Source: Eledone cirrhosa (taxonomy: Eukaryota). From it: DNA of 64,000 nt. Positions 13,590 to 27,582 of this stretch are shown in pieces (the stretch's first letter is position 1; each line of letters starts with the position of its first letter). The stretch is from positions 321,532,001 to 321,596,000 of the forward strand of contig OZ024740.1 in assembly GCA_964016885.1 (NCBI GenBank), read 5' to 3'. A program made the translations under genes and the position numbers. The notes beneath the pieces were generated by a model that made no database searches, was not told the DNA's origin, and worked only from the letters and a program-made list of their open reading frames with translations.

Positions 13590-15465
13590 AATATCGCAGA
13601 AACTGACCAAAGACTTGGAAAAAACAACCTGCTTCCAGAAGAACAGAAAGGATCCTGCAATGGCTCATATGACTGTAAAGACCAGTTGTTAATTAATAAA
13701 GTCATAATGAAAACTGCAGAAAAAAAACCCCTCAGCATGTCATAGATCTACTACCAAAAGGCATTTGACATTATTCCCCATACACGGAAACTGAACACAC
13801 TAACCACGAATAAAGTAGCATCAACAATGAAAAAAAAAACATTTATAAATTATGCCAGGAGTAAGTGGCAATCAGTACTGCAGATACAAACGAAGGATGG
13901 AACTATAAAACCTGAATCAATCCCAACAAAAACGGAGGAGTATTTTGAGAGTCTCTCCATCATCACTTCTTTTCTGTCTAGCACTAAGACCATTATCTGA
14001 GACACTAAACAGAACCATCTCCTGTTTATGGATGATCTAAAATTGTATGCTGTAAACGAAAGACAACTCAAAACATGGCTACAGACAGTACACGGATTCA
14101 CAAAAGAAATAGACTTGAAATTTGAACTAGGAAAATGCGTCAAAGCAACTCCGAAGATAGGAAAACTAGTGAAAAGCATTAATATCATGTTAGATAAAGA
14201 CACTGAGATAAAAGAATTAGATCAAACACAGACGTACAGATACTTAAGAATCAATGAACTAGACAGGACTCAACACACACAGATGAAAGAAAAGACTAGA
14301 AAAGAATACTACAAACAGATTAGATTACTAAATGCAATCAGATGATTATATCTACCACGAACACAAGGAAGAAGGGCCCTTATGTAACTAGAAAAATATT
14401 ATAATAAAATAACTGCCGTAGGACTACAAAAATATCTAAGAAAGAACAAAGGAAAGTTAATACAAGTAGCCACAAAACATGAACAAAACAAAAAAAAAAA
14501 TGTTCTCTTTCTTCAAGGAAGCCAACAAATTGAAAACAGAAGCTGGATTGACAGCCAACTGTGAGGAAAATGAAAACAAAGAAGGAGCAACAACAGAAAT
14601 TGTGAAAAACAAAATTCTAAATTGAAAACAGACCTCCAGAATGCCATGCTCAAATGATGGCAAGAAAAACCCTTACATGGCCAATACCTGAAAAATCTGA
14701 ATAGAGAGGAAATAGACAAGCAAAACCCACAAAACTATCTGTAAAACACTGGACTAAAAATCAAAACGGAAAGATATCTAATCGCAGCACAAGATCAAAG
14801 CAAGCCTCCCCACCAGAAGTACATAATGAAGAAGAGCACAGTAACTGCAGAATATGTGGAGGTGAGGAAGAAATAACCCTATTATCTCTGGCTGTCCAGT
14901 CTTAGCCAAAAAGAAATATATCAACAGATATGATAAAGATGGGATTTACATACACTGGAAGTTATGCCAATACTACGAAATAGGTGTTAGAGAATGACAA
15001 AGCAACCTTACTCTGGGATATGACAATTCACACAGACAGAGTGATCAAATCAAACCAACCGGATATTATAGTCAAAGACCACAAAGAAAATGTCTTCTAA
15101 TTGATGTATCAATAATCACAGACGACAATATATCGACAAAGGAAATAGAGAAACTATCCAAATATAAAGATCTAGAGATAGAAATGACCCGAATGTGGAT
15201 GATGAAAACAGAAAACAGAAACAATATCTATAATAATAGGTGCTCTGGGAACGATAAAAAAAAATCACAGACAGATACATAACCAAAAACAGGACTCAAA
15301 AATATAGACAGCATACAAAAAATAGCACTACCAGGCATTGCACATATATTACGAAGAGTACTCTCAATACAATAGAGACAACACCATAAAAAACAACACT
15401 ACACATATCCATGGTGCACAGAGCTGTACTCGGTAATACAGTGACGATACGCAATAAAAAATAAG
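13590..15465 (+). mobile_element. Degenerate R4/Dong-like LINE (family 2)
   Basis: EEQKG, DYQKAFD and HLLFMDDLKLY RT motifs, then RLE remnants (PDI, IDVS, KYKDLEIE). Many frameshifts. Followed by (ACT)n. Confidence 0.82.
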
Positions 15466-15484
15466 ACTACTACTACTACTACTA

Positions 15485-15544
<60 letters not shown>

Positions 15545-15794
15545 TAACATCTAACCCCTAACCGTTCCTTAGCCTCAACTTAAGAGTTATTATGAATAAT
15601 AATAATTATGATACTGTTAATATACCATTTCACTTAACCACTAACCATTCCTTCGCCTCCTGCTTTCGGTGATCGCTGAAGCTGTCGTCTCTATTTGTGG
15701 AAAAAGCAGAATACCCTCTAAATATCTCGTCAATCTGTTTGTACCAAATGAACTTCACTCAAAATAGATACTAATTTTTTTACTTATTTAATTT

Positions 15795-16334
15795 TGTGTA
15801 GCGTGTTGAATAAAAATGATGCGGACGACTGAATTGATCTCGGTATATTATATAACAGATTTTTACAGTCTCTCTAATCCAATCTAATCCAACCACTTCT
15901 CACTCCTGTTGGAGGAACCCCTCCCTAGTTGACATCCACCGCTTTCTGTTTGGTTTTGGTCATGTCAGTGGTGTAGCCATACGCACCACGCTTGGCCAAT
16001 TGCGGATCGGTAGGGTTATTTAACCCATAGTTGGGGTAGATGGCCGTTGACTCTGACGAGTCATCCGGCCTTTTAACAGCTCGTTTTTGTTTTGTACTGT
16101 TGGAGTTCCACTTACCCTCCTCACCAGACCAGAATCTGGTTCGGGAACCGGTTTAGTCGTCGACCACTCGACTATGATATTGTTTTTATTGTCTCCACTG
16201 TAATTATTGATACTGATTTTATTGTATGTAGAAGGATTGAATTTCCCTAATATATAATTGGTGCTTTTAGAATAGAGTCTAGGCAGATGAAATGGCCCCC
16301 AATATGTTACTGGGGCTGTTTTCATTGTCTCCAA
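15795..16334 (-). mobile_element. Possible LTR-retrotransposon 3' remnant
   Basis: Short ORF ending TRQSQRP (resembles an integrase tail) next to a ~190-bp LTR-like segment. Weak evidence. Confidence 0.3.
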
Positions 16335-16495
16335 ACAGGTAAAATATAAAATCTACAACCACTGGACTAGAAAACAGAACAGGCAGGGAGAAAACTACAG
16401 GCTTTTCTGTACGGTATTATATGAGGAAGGAAAGCTGGAAGTGTATAAAATAGACAGAGCATATAACAAGAAGTATATTTTAAGATCAAATAGTA

Positions 16496-16693
16496 CGACG
16501 GTGGACTGAAAAGTTCATAGACTGACCAAGATACTCTCATGGAATGACCAAATGTGGTTTATTTTTCAACATAGTCCCTGTAAAGAAACAATGTAGTTAT
16601 TAATAAGAAGAGTTGAAATTAATGCATGCAAGATTTCACAGCTCTAGCATCAATCCTTCATAGTCAGTCTATGAACTTTTCAGCTTACCCTTG
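16496..16693. mobile_element. Tc1/mariner-type MITE
   Basis: TIR core ctgaaaagttcatagactgac / gtcagtctatgaacttttcag with TA flanks. Second copy at ~52360-52504. Confidence 0.78.
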
Positions 16694-16756
16694 TAAGTAT
16701 TGAGAAACAATTGTAATGAAAATAGTATCAAAACAGTGATTATACTAATCACGCTT

Positions 16757-17185
16757 AAGGCGTCGAATTGGTAGTGTCGTTAAAACGTCGCATAGAATGT
16801 TTTACGGTATTCGTTCTGACTTTCCGCGCTTTCTGAGTTGAAATCTCTACGAGGTCAGCTTTGCCTTTCATCCATTCGAGGTCAATAAAAAAAGTACCAG
16901 TCAAGTATTGGAGTCGAATTTTACTTTATATCTTACTCATTTCTATACTCTTATTCTCTATCCTTCTCTGGAAGAAATCTGCTATGTTTAGAACTGGAGA
17001 AGAGCTAGGCCCTAGAATCGCCGTGTGACAATACGGCACCCCTTACAATTCCCAATGGAGTTAAAGGACCATGCATGTATATATTTATACATATCATATC
17101 AACACATTTTTATTTTAGAACAGATGTTTTCATATATTTTTTCTAAGTTTATTTTACCGACAAAGTCCATCGCACCATGGAGTTC
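16757..17185 (+). mobile_element. Longer SINE subfamily (same head and centre, different 3' half)
   Basis: Related copies at ~52100-52335 (+), ~55125-55372 (-) and ~58820-59522 (-, split). Confidence 0.65.
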
Positions 17186-17385
17186 TTTAAAAAGTACTTT
17201 AATATACAAAAACGTACCAAATCCAATTACCCCCTTCTGTACATCTCCCACGTCCTAACTTTCCGCCTTTCAATCACGTCCTAATACTCCACCCTTTACC
17301 AGCTAAGTGCTCCAGCTTAGACCTACCTCTTCAATCCCTTCACAAATGTTAAAAAAGAAAATGTTTTACATCTACTTTATATATT

Positions 17386-19157
17386 TTAACTAAAAATAAA
17401 TGTCTTCTTCCACACATTTCTTGCTGTACCAGTTTCTTGCAGTTTGAGACAAAGTTGCTGTTGTGGATACCACGTAGTGCAGTCAACATTTAGCAGCAGA
17501 TACTTTGGTCTTAGCAGGGCATTTAATGTTGATGTTGTTAAAGCATTGCGAGTTTTTGTTTTTATATTGTTGAGAAGGGACAAAATTCTTTCTTCAGTTG
17601 CTGAAGAATGTGGCAACGAAAGAAGTTGCATCATGAATTTAGATAGTAATGTGTAGCGATATATGTCACCACATTTTTCTTGAGTAACAAGAAACCAGTA
17701 TTTCTCAGGCTCCTTTTGTGCAATAAGAGACGCTTCTTCCTTCCATTCTCTATTTATTTGTTGATAGTCTTCATACACAAGGCTGGAAAATGTCATTACC
17801 AATGGTATGATCGATTTTGATTTACCTTCAATAACATAGGTCAGGTCTAAAGCTACTAGAACAAGCTGCTTGCGGGTAGAAATGTCCACTGTTTCATCTA
17901 CAATAAGGGAGAACTTTGCTGAATTTAGCTTAGACCAGTCATGGGCAAACTGCGGCCCGCGGGGCCCCATTTGACCCATTTGGCTTCCTGAATGGCAGCT
18001 TAATTTCAAAACTGCTTTGAAGTTTTTAGTAGTGTGGCCTGCCATGTGATGAGACACATCTTTTGCAGTCCATTGTCCGAAAAAGGTTGCCCACGCCTAG
18101 CTTAGACAATAAATCATTGAAAACATGGATCCGATTACATTTGAAAAAATACAAGTTCCTTTAGTTTTTGCGCACTTGAAGTCTTTGGCGATTTTGGGAT
18201 CAAAGCATACGTTGGCAATAAAATAGCAATGTGTAGGTTATGCTCAGCAATGAACCCGCACTGTTTCAGCTCAACTGATGCTATTTTCGTTAAATGAGCA
18301 AAAAATTGAGCAACTTTTATGAAATCTGTCACTGTCATTATTTGTTTCGCTACTTTCACATTCTTTTGTTTTTTTCTGTCTCTTTATACTTTACTATTTG
18401 ACTTAAGTTACCAGCTATCTCACAATTGTACAATTTACAGTAGCCTTTACTTGCGTTCTTTTTACTCAATCCCAACCACGATGAAAATATCTCATCGTTT
18501 AATAATTTTGACGGAACTTGTCTTTCAAAGAAAGTGAATTTTAGTTTTTTTCTTCTGAGTAGTGTGATTTTTTGTCATTATCAAAATGATATTCTATATT
18601 CACTTTTTCTCCACTGATGATGGGTTCAAAATGTTTCACTAAAAAGCAAAACCGTTCAGATATTGAAAAATGACACTAGCAAAGCACACAGCACGCCCTG
18701 ACATAACAACTTAAACTGAACTGATACAGTTGCCTTCCAAGAATTCGTCTTAATCTATCTATATTTAGATGCTCTTGCGTTTTGTCAGCTGAAACTATTC
18801 AAGCAAAACACCCACTGATCGACTGTGAGCGAATGGGATGTTATTATTGGCTACCAGCATAATAGAGAAGATGGTTGGCTACCGATTTGAAATAATACGC
18901 AGAAGAGTATTGATGTCAAGTGAGATCTGACGGGCAAATACACTTCTTGACATAAAAGTCGTTATAGCTGATAAATGGTAAATCATAAAATGGTGATTTT
19001 AGAATATCAATGAGGCCAAATTCGCAATGAAGTACAGTCTCTAAAACGTACCAAAAACTCTGGATGAGGCACCAAAAAAACCCCCAAAAAACAGAGAAAC
19101 CAAATTCAGGGCAAATAGTACCAAATTTGTACGAACGTACTAACTTCGGCAGAGTTG
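17386..19157 (-). mobile_element. Degenerate hAT DNA transposon
   Basis: FSLIVDETVDIST and the hAT dimerisation motif LSLPHSSATEERILS...KTKTRNAL. Boundaries uncertain. Confidence 0.75.
17936..18099. mobile_element. hAT-Charlie-type MITE nested in the hAT relic
   Basis: Ends cagtcatgggcaaact / aggttgcccacgccta. Exact 8-bp TSD GCTTAGAC at 17928-17935 and 18100-18107. Confidence 0.82.
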
Positions 19158-21319
19158 GTTCAGACCTGGAGAGGGGGATAGATTTCGCCAGGTTTAAAGT
19201 ACCCAAGACACCATATGTATAATGACGCTCCTCTGACTCCGTCAGAGTTATGGGTCCAACATACATACATAGATACATACACGACTAGTTAGGAAATTAC
19301 AAGTACAATCCATTAATGGAATAGTAAAAATATGTAAAACATTCCCAAAATTCTGCACCTAATAACTGCATATACACTTGTACAGATACAAAGCATATGC
19401 ACATGCACACATACAACTCAAAACTTACACATCAACACATACAATAACATCCATACCTGCAAATATGCATGCATGCAGACATGCATACATATCTACCTAG
19501 TTGATAAGTGTAAATTCCAGTGAGAGAGTCTTGTATTTATGTTAGAAACCGACTCTCTCTATTGGCAAAAACTTGTGAAATTATAAAACCAGAAGAACAT
19601 ACATACATACATACATGGTGGCTGCCAACTCATTTTCGAGTACGGCCACTACTTTATATCCATGTAGGAGAACCCCTACCGATGCGCTGAACGAGTGTGA
19701 CTTTTTAGTCCAGCCAGCGACTTGAAAACTCTGGTACAAACACTACACTTGTAACAATTATTGACACATAGTGCTGGGCCCATGGTACCATGTGACGACA
19801 AGTGCAGAGAGATCTCCAGATATAAAGCAATGCCTGTGCTTTTATAGTGAGCAAAGGCACTGCACAAAGCCAGTCCCACTCTCTTAACCAAGATGATATT
19901 TACCAAAAAGAAGAACAAGTTAACATCATTGGATACCATCAGGGTTGCAGGTGTTATATCAGAGTTTTCTTTCTCCTAGAATTCTGCCTTGACAAAGGCT
20001 AAGGGGTCATCATACATACATACATAATCACACTTGTTATTTTATTAATATTCACAAGGCAGATATGAAGATATGAATCTATTTACAATATGTTTACGTA
20101 TCATAAAGATTAACTTAGCCTCCCTGTAATTATTTCAAGCTGTAATCATATCACATCTAGCTTAACATCGCAGTAACTGTGGTGGATACATATATTGCAC
20201 CGAATACTGACCAGCCATGTTGGGAGGACTAGGGGTTCGTATTCTGCTACTAGCGTACGGTAGTAACTTTTAAAAGTAAATACTCCACCTATCACCCTAC
20301 CACATGTAAACTTTCTCTCTCTGAAAAGGAGAAGGGTTAAAGAGGGATAGATCTGACTGTAAAAGTCTAGTGGTTAGGGTCACATACATGAGTGTGTATC
20401 CGTGCATCACACACACATACACATACACATACACAAGGTCCGAACACCAAAGAACCAAACTTCCGCTGTCACTGCCCCCGTCACTCCCGCTCTCACCATC
20501 TCTCACTATTATGAGCAATATTATTTAACTCTGCAATCATCTAACTACCTACTAGTATAAAGTCAGTTAAAGGTACAAACAATCCACCCCCGTAAACAGT
20601 GGGAGCAATGCAGATTTACCGAATGTTCTATTAGTTAACTGGGGATGCGAAAGAAAGATATGTTCTATCAAGGTGGTTTGTTCTAAATATATTTACATGA
20701 AGTAGAATACTTCAGTAATTGCTCTATGGCTGAAAAGTAATACATCACAGCAGCGACCCCGACCCCACCATCACTGTCACCTCACTGCTACAGTCCCCCC
20801 CCCCACCACAGTCACCCTCATCACTACAGTTATCCTTACCACCACCACAGTCACCCCCACCACAACGGTCATCCCCAGCACCACTACAGTTACCCCCACC
20901 ACAAGTCACCCCTGATCACTACAGTCATTCCCCACTAACACCAACATACGGCCAGTCATCACTCACTATTTGTCAGTTGACCCCCCCACCCCCACTCATA
21001 CACACCTAAGCCCGTACTTTACGGTTGATTAAAAAAATTGAATTGGTAAATTTTTTCAGAATCGTAATCAATGTTTAAGAACCGAAGAATTTTTTTAACA
21101 AAAAGTTAAATTAGGAATAAGTTATGGCGTGGGGGTAGGGTGGGGTTTGTATATTTTAAAGAAATTCCAAGCAAGATGTTTATTTTTAGCTACTTTCTAA
21201 CAGAACCTGTTATTTTTTGAAAATTCCTTTTTTTAAATTGATGAAACAACTCTGGTTGTATATTTAAATAGACAGGAATAGTTTAGTTTATTTTAATACT
21301 CAGTTAATATTAATAGTAA

Positions 21320-21510
21320 TATTTGTTTCTACTTTTGGCACAAGGCCAGCAATTACCCAGTACATTACTTGTACTTTATTTTATCGACCCCGTAAGGATG
21401 AAAGGCAAAGTTGACCTCGGCGGGATTTGAACTCAGAAGGGAAAGGGCCGTAACTCTATGCGTCAAAGCATAGCGTCCGACCCTCTACCGATACTGCCAA
21501 TTCACCGCCA
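21320..21510 (-). mobile_element. Main-family SINE
   Basis: Near-identical to 28519-28712. Confidence 0.88.
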
Positions 21511-21549
21511 TAAATGATAATAATAATAATAATAATAAATAATAATAAT

Positions 21550-24500
21550 GATTTCTTTATTGGCCACAAGGGCTGACATCAAGAAAAACATCACAGACGG
21601 AACAGAACGGTACGATGTGGGTTTTGTGCGTGTAAATATTTTTATTATTTATATAAGAAAAGAAAAAAGACATAAAACATATATATATATAAACAATAAA
21701 ATGAAAATTGAAACAATGAAAAATTCCCCAATAGGGGGGAAACCTCCGAGGGTTACTCGTGGCGAAAACCACACAAAAGACCACGGCCACCCTGACCACC
21801 AGGGCAAGCGCCCTCTCTCAATTTTTCCATCTCTCGAACTACAGACGTATATTCAGAGTGGTCCCATTAACTCGGACCATTCTCGCTACATTCACCCACC
21901 TTTCAACAAACTTGCTAGAAAGCAGCACTTGCCTCTCCACCCTTATTTTCCTCTTCAAGTGAAACTTGAAAAAGTTAATCAGGGATTCGCCGAAGAGGAA
22001 AGTGTTTGTCTTTAATCCTTTTAACCTTGTCCACCACACAATCTCTTTCGCCATGGCCACCAGGCAGATGAAAACTGCCTGCCCTTCCTCCTCGAAGGAA
22101 GACGGCGAGACCATCTGCACAATGGACTCAGTCGACAACCGGATCAGTCCCACACGTGACAGCAACTGTTCGACATAGCTCCACAAGTCAGCAATGCTCG
22201 GGCACTGAACGAGTGCGTGCACAACGGTTTCGTCGCTATGCACGCATCTCGGACAGGCTCGGCTGACGGCACTTCCGTGCCTGTAGAGCTTATCTCGAAC
22301 CGGCAGCGCTCCCCGGTAGCACTGCCAGGCCAGGGATTTTTGGAAGTTATCCATAGGCCCCGGGCTGAAAGTTCTCCGGAAGAGAGCAAGCAGCTGATCT
22401 TCTTCGACGCCCAGGATCTCTCCGAGACGTCGTCGCTCTTCCCCTCCACTAGTCCTCTATAGAACGCCGAGGTGGATGTTCCACCGATACTGGTGCCCAA
22501 CTGGGAGAGGGCGGTGAGCGCCTGGAGACATTCCAGTTTCCAAGCGCTATCCCTCGGTCTTTTTCTGACAAAGGACTGCAGCTCCGTCAAGGAGACGAGC
22601 TGTGGGAAAATGTGCCTGGCGAACGGCGACCACACCCGTTCACCATCAAGGAAGCACCAGAGATGTCGCAGCCTGAGCGCATGTTTGCGCATCATCAGCC
22701 ATGGCATGCTCAGTCCTCCACGCAACGGGTGTTGACAGCAGATGGATCGTCTGACCATGGGAGCGCGTCCCTTCCACAAAAAGCGGAAGAGGAGGCGCTC
22801 CATTTTGGTGAGAGTTGGGCTGGAGCAAGGGACGACGGTGAGGCGGTAGCAGATGACGGATGCGATGTACGCATTCGCCACTTCCGCCCGGCCTTTCAGG
22901 GACAGCTTCCTCTCAGCCCATTTCTGGGTGAGGGAGGCCACCCTGCTCGTCACCTCGTTCCAGTTTTTCTCCATCTGGAGGTCCGGTCCGAACCAGACCC
23001 CGAGCAATTTAACCGGTCCGTCCGTCCAACGCTCCACGACGCTGTCGGACGGCATGGACTTGCCTCTCCAGGTGCCGAGCTGCAAGCCCACCGACTTTTC
23101 CTGGTTTATCTTTGCTCCTGTCACCGTTTCGTATTCCTTGAGCGATGTCGAGCATCTGGACGTGTCTTTTGCTCGACACCACCACGGTGACGTCGTCAGC
23201 GTAAGCCGACTCGGATTTCCCGCATCCTAGTTCGCGTTGGACGCCCCTCATCGCGCCAAGTTTGTGCAGTAACGGCTCGAGAGCCAATACGTACAAGAGG
23301 GACGAGAGGAGACAACCCTGGCGGACTGAGCGCATGATGCTGAACGGCTGCGACAGGTGACCGTTCACCCTCACAACTGAGCAGATGTCGCTGTACATTG
23401 CTGCGATCCAACGCCTGAAAACGGTCCCGAAACCGGCTGCCTCGAGGACCGCCGCCAGGTACCGATGGTCGACCCTATCGAATGCTTTGGATTGATCCAA
23501 GTTGATCAGGGCCCCACCCTTACCAGCTTCCTTAACCACCCTCTCTATGATGTATCGCATGAGGTGGAGGTTGTCGTGTATGGATCTGTCCGGGATGGCG
23601 CATGTCTGCGCCTCTCCCACCAGACCCTTGACGACAAGCGCCAACCTCGTTGCTAACACCTTGGCCAAAATCTTGAACTCTGCGTTTAGCAGAGTTATGG
23701 GCCTGAAATTATCAATAACATCCCCCTTGTTCGGGTCTTTTCTCAGCAGCTCCACTGCTCCCCGGCTCACAAAACTGGGAATGCTCCCGTTCTGCTGCCA
23801 GTTGCAGTAGACGTCTGCCAAGAGGTCACCGAACAAGTCTGGCATAAATGCATAAAGCTCGTAGGGCAGACCATCTAAACCTGGCGATTTACCTCTTGTG
23901 CAGTTAGCCATCGCTTCCCGTATTTCACCGGCTGTTATTGGCTTTTCGCAACACTGTGCTGCGGTCGTCGAGAGCCGAGGCAGTCCGTCGAGGTATGCAC
24001 TGAAGTCCATGCCCCGATCCGGGCCGCCGCCGCTCCCGAACAGTTCAGCAAAGTGCTGCTGAAAAGCTTCACACATCCGCTCGGGTTCGTGAATCACGCA
24101 CCCGTTTTGGTCAGACAAAGACCGAATTGTGGCTTTATTGCCACGTCGCGCCTCTGCCACCCGGGCCCATTGGACGGCTTTTGTCCCCTCGTGTTTCAGA
24201 GCACGCGCTCTAGCTCCGACAACGCAGCCTTCGTGTTTTGCGTTGAAGAATTGGTCGAGTGCCAATCTCGCCGCAAGCACGTCGGTTGCGATGCCTGTCC
24301 TAAACGCCTCTTCTAGCTTTCTGACTAGCTCTCCCTGTACTCTATTTTCCTCTATCACTACTCCTTTGTTAAACCTAATCGACTCTACTTTAATTGCCCT
24401 TTTCAGGGCGAACCACCACCTGTTGTTGACGACCGCTCCCGTCAACGCCCGCTTAACTAATACACTAATCCGGTCTCTGTAGGCCTTGCGCGCCGGGAAA

Positions 24501-27500
24501 GACGCGTTCAGCTTCCAGTAACCAGGCCCTTGTCTATGAAGTCTGTCTATGTCGATCTCACAGATCACAAATTTGTGGTCTGTGTAGTCGACTATTTTAA
24601 ATTGTGGACAACTTATACTAGCCTTATCTAGTTCCCTCCAGAATACCCTATCTAGATACGATCTGGATGACCCGATGCGGTTTGTCCATGTCCACATTGG
24701 CACATTCGGGTGATCCAGTCGATACCTGTCAGACAGTTCAAAACGTCTGAGCAGGTTGGTGAGGCTCTTGCACCCTCCTCCCCTATCCACTAGCCCCACA
24801 CGATCCCAGCGTGCATCCAAGATACCGTTCCAGTCGCCCACTAACACTAAAGAGCGGAACGTTCCAAGAAAGGTCTCTAGACGTCTGAAGAAATCTGGCC
24901 GTCCTGCCACTGTTGGGGCGTAGACGGCTACTAGCCTGAAAGCATTGCCTTCGCTGCCAGTCACGTCCAGCACCACCGATTTACCTTCTGGGTCCAGGAA
25001 GATGGCCCGTATCGCGAGATCCAAGCCTCTCCGAAAAAGGACGGCAACCCCTCCCCCCGATCCTGGACGGCTGGGAGATGCGTATACATCGTAGCCGCCG
25101 AAGATCGGTGCGAAGGCCCGTGCCTCGGAGATTCTGGTTTCACTGATGGCCACCACATCTATGTTTAGTGACCTGAGGTCATTGAGCAGGTGACCCTGCT
25201 TCCAAGATGACCCCAGGCCACGTGCATTTATACTGCCTATTCTGAGTACAGCCATGTTGGATGAGAAACGGGGCAAATGAGAAAGGGTCACTTACCTTGT
25301 TCGTGTGGTGAAGGGACAGTAGAACCGTCCCTTTCGCTGGTCATGGGTGTTTCCAAGAGGATGTCAGTGTATATCCTCTTGGTAACCGTCCCTCTGAAGT
25401 CTCCAACTGCGTTGGGGAATTTTTGTTTTAAAGGTTTGTATTGTTCTATTGAGATTTCGATGATGCTTATGTTTGTCGAGAGAGTTCTTGGTGTTGGTGG
25501 GGTGTAGTAATTTTTTTCCGTGATGTCTGTGTGCTGCTTTATATATTTTATGAGTTCGTTTTTTGCTATGTTTATGGCTGTGTACTTTTTGGGGGGAGGG
25601 GTGATTTTGTTGCCGTTTTCTTCTTGTTGCTGTTCGGTGTGTGTGTCTTGTTGTGTTTGCGTTGTTGGTGTTTGTGGTAGCGTTGCTGAAAGTTTCCTTG
25701 CTGCCTTTACCCCTCTTTGTATGCCTTCGCTTTTGGAGGGTGAATCTAAGGGTTTTTTTCTTTTTTCTTTTTTGTGGCAGACTGTTTGCCACGTCACTCC
25801 CGCCTCAAACTCCATGTCGGATTCTGTGGCGTCTGGGAGGGGTATGTGCTCCACGGCTGTTGGTGGTGGTAGTGGAGCCCTCTTCGGCAATGTTGTTGCT
25901 GGTGTAGCTATTTCAAATGTAGCTATTGGTGTTGCCGCTACTGATGATGCTGCTTTAGTTATCCGTGGCCTTGGTAAGGGTGCTACAGACGTTGCCCTCC
26001 TACTCACCGTGGAAGGGGCTTCTTCGTTTGTTGCCTGTCCTGCTCTTGGTAGCAGCGGACCAGGTATTGGAAGGAGAGGGGCCCTCTTCGGTGTCTTCTG
26101 AGGGCAAAAGGTCCTGAGGTGACCTTTCGACCCACAGAGATAACATTTTGGCCGTCTTCCTTCTACACTTATAGGGAGTTGGAGTCCTTCCTCAAAGTCT
26201 ATAATATCGGGGATAGCCTCGATACATTCCTGGTCAGTTTGTATAAGCATTTGCATGCCTATACCTGACCAGTTCTCTCTCCCTATTTTTCTACTTGCAG
26301 CATGGTCGCCCTGTTCTCAATTCCAGCAAGGACAGACGCGGCCAGCCAAGGTATGGGCACGTCGGGTGGGACCTGGGTCACTTTGACCCTCACAATTTTC
26401 TGCCCGCAGTAGGAGGGCACCAAGACTAACTCCTCATTCTTTAGGGTTTCCAAAGAGTGAGACTTTGCTTCCTGGGGGGTGGCGAAAAGTACGTCTACTG
26501 TGGCGTACTTTCTGCCTCGGGTGATGTGGGTTTTGCGTGCCCAGACGCACCCCAAGGCCTTTGGGATTTGAGCCTCCGTGGCTCTCTCCACTCGATGTGA
26601 GATTTTGCTTACGGTGCGGTAAGTCACCGTTCGTAGCTGCTGGTTCTTGAAAAAATCGGGTGGAGGTTTCAGGGAAACTCTATTTGCGCTTCTTGTCACC
26701 ATGGCCCTTGCGACTGCCATCTCCTCCTCTGTGATTAACACTGTCTCGATATTTCGGGCGACACCTGCAAAAGAAGTTGTCCCTTTTTCAGCAGCACCAC
26801 TATTGCTGCCGCTGCTGGTCTTACTGGTGGTGCTGAGGTCGCTATTACAGGTATCGGTGTCATTGTTGTTGTTTTCGCTGTACAGTTGTTGGTGTTGTTT
26901 TCGTTGATACTGTTGCTGCTGTTACTGTTATTGTGGCTGTTGTTATTATTGTTGTTTTTGTTGATACTGTTCCTACTATTATTGTTGTTGTGGCTGTTGT
27001 TATTGTCATTGTTATTGTCGTTCTCGACCTTACCGCTGTTATTTTTGTTATTGTCGTTCTCGACCTTACCGCTGTTATTTTTGTGATTGTCGTTCTCGAC
27101 CTTACCACTGTTATTTTTGTTATTGTCGTTCTCGACTTTACCGCTGTTATTTTTGGTGTTGTTGTTGGTGATGTTGTTGGTGTTATTGTTGGTGTTGTTT
27201 GTGTTAGAAATATTTGTTAATTTTAAATCTGTAACAATCTTTTTTTCCTTTGTAATATTTTCGTTTATATTTACCTCCGCTGGAACGCTGTCTTGTTGAC
27301 ATACTGATAAAGTCTCCCTCTCTCTGTGTTGTCTGACAGCGCTCTCTCTCTTTTTTGTGTTATCCATGTTGAAATTTTTCAAAAAAATATTTTTATCAAA
27401 TACGAATACGGCACCCCGTAAAGGGGTGCCGTATTATTTACTAGTGAACCCCTGTATTAGGTGGGTCACTTCTTCTAAACTTTTATCAAATTTAAAACTT

Positions 27501-27582
27501 GAATAAAAGGTTTAGAACGGTTGAAAAAGAGGTAAAACGTTGAAAAAGACTGGAGGCGATAAGAAGCGTGGCTTCACCAACC
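21550..27582 (-). mobile_element. Full-length Tx1/L1-clade LINE (family A)
   Basis: ORF1 (~27370-25288) has an Asn-rich N-terminus and a CYLCGSKGHLRTFC zinc knuckle, and is disrupted. ORF2 runs from ATG 25255 to 21839 with APE endonuclease, RT (YADD) and C-terminal CPRC...H...C, with two frameshifts (~23146, ~22427). Direct repeat aataataaataataataat at 21531-21549 and 27583-27601. Confidence 0.95.
27000..27152. repeat. 33-bp coding tandem repeat in Tx1 ORF1 (NNSGKVENDNN x4)
   Basis: ttgtcgttctcgaccttaccgctgttattttt repeated four times. Confidence 0.85.

Noticed and set aside
19676-19760. C2H2 zinc finger as a host transcription-factor exon
   Set aside because: It is part of a multi-copy RTE-derived repeat.
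25364-27299. Long antisense or alternative-frame ORFs over Tx1 ORF1
   Set aside because: They are shadows of low-complexity coding sequence.
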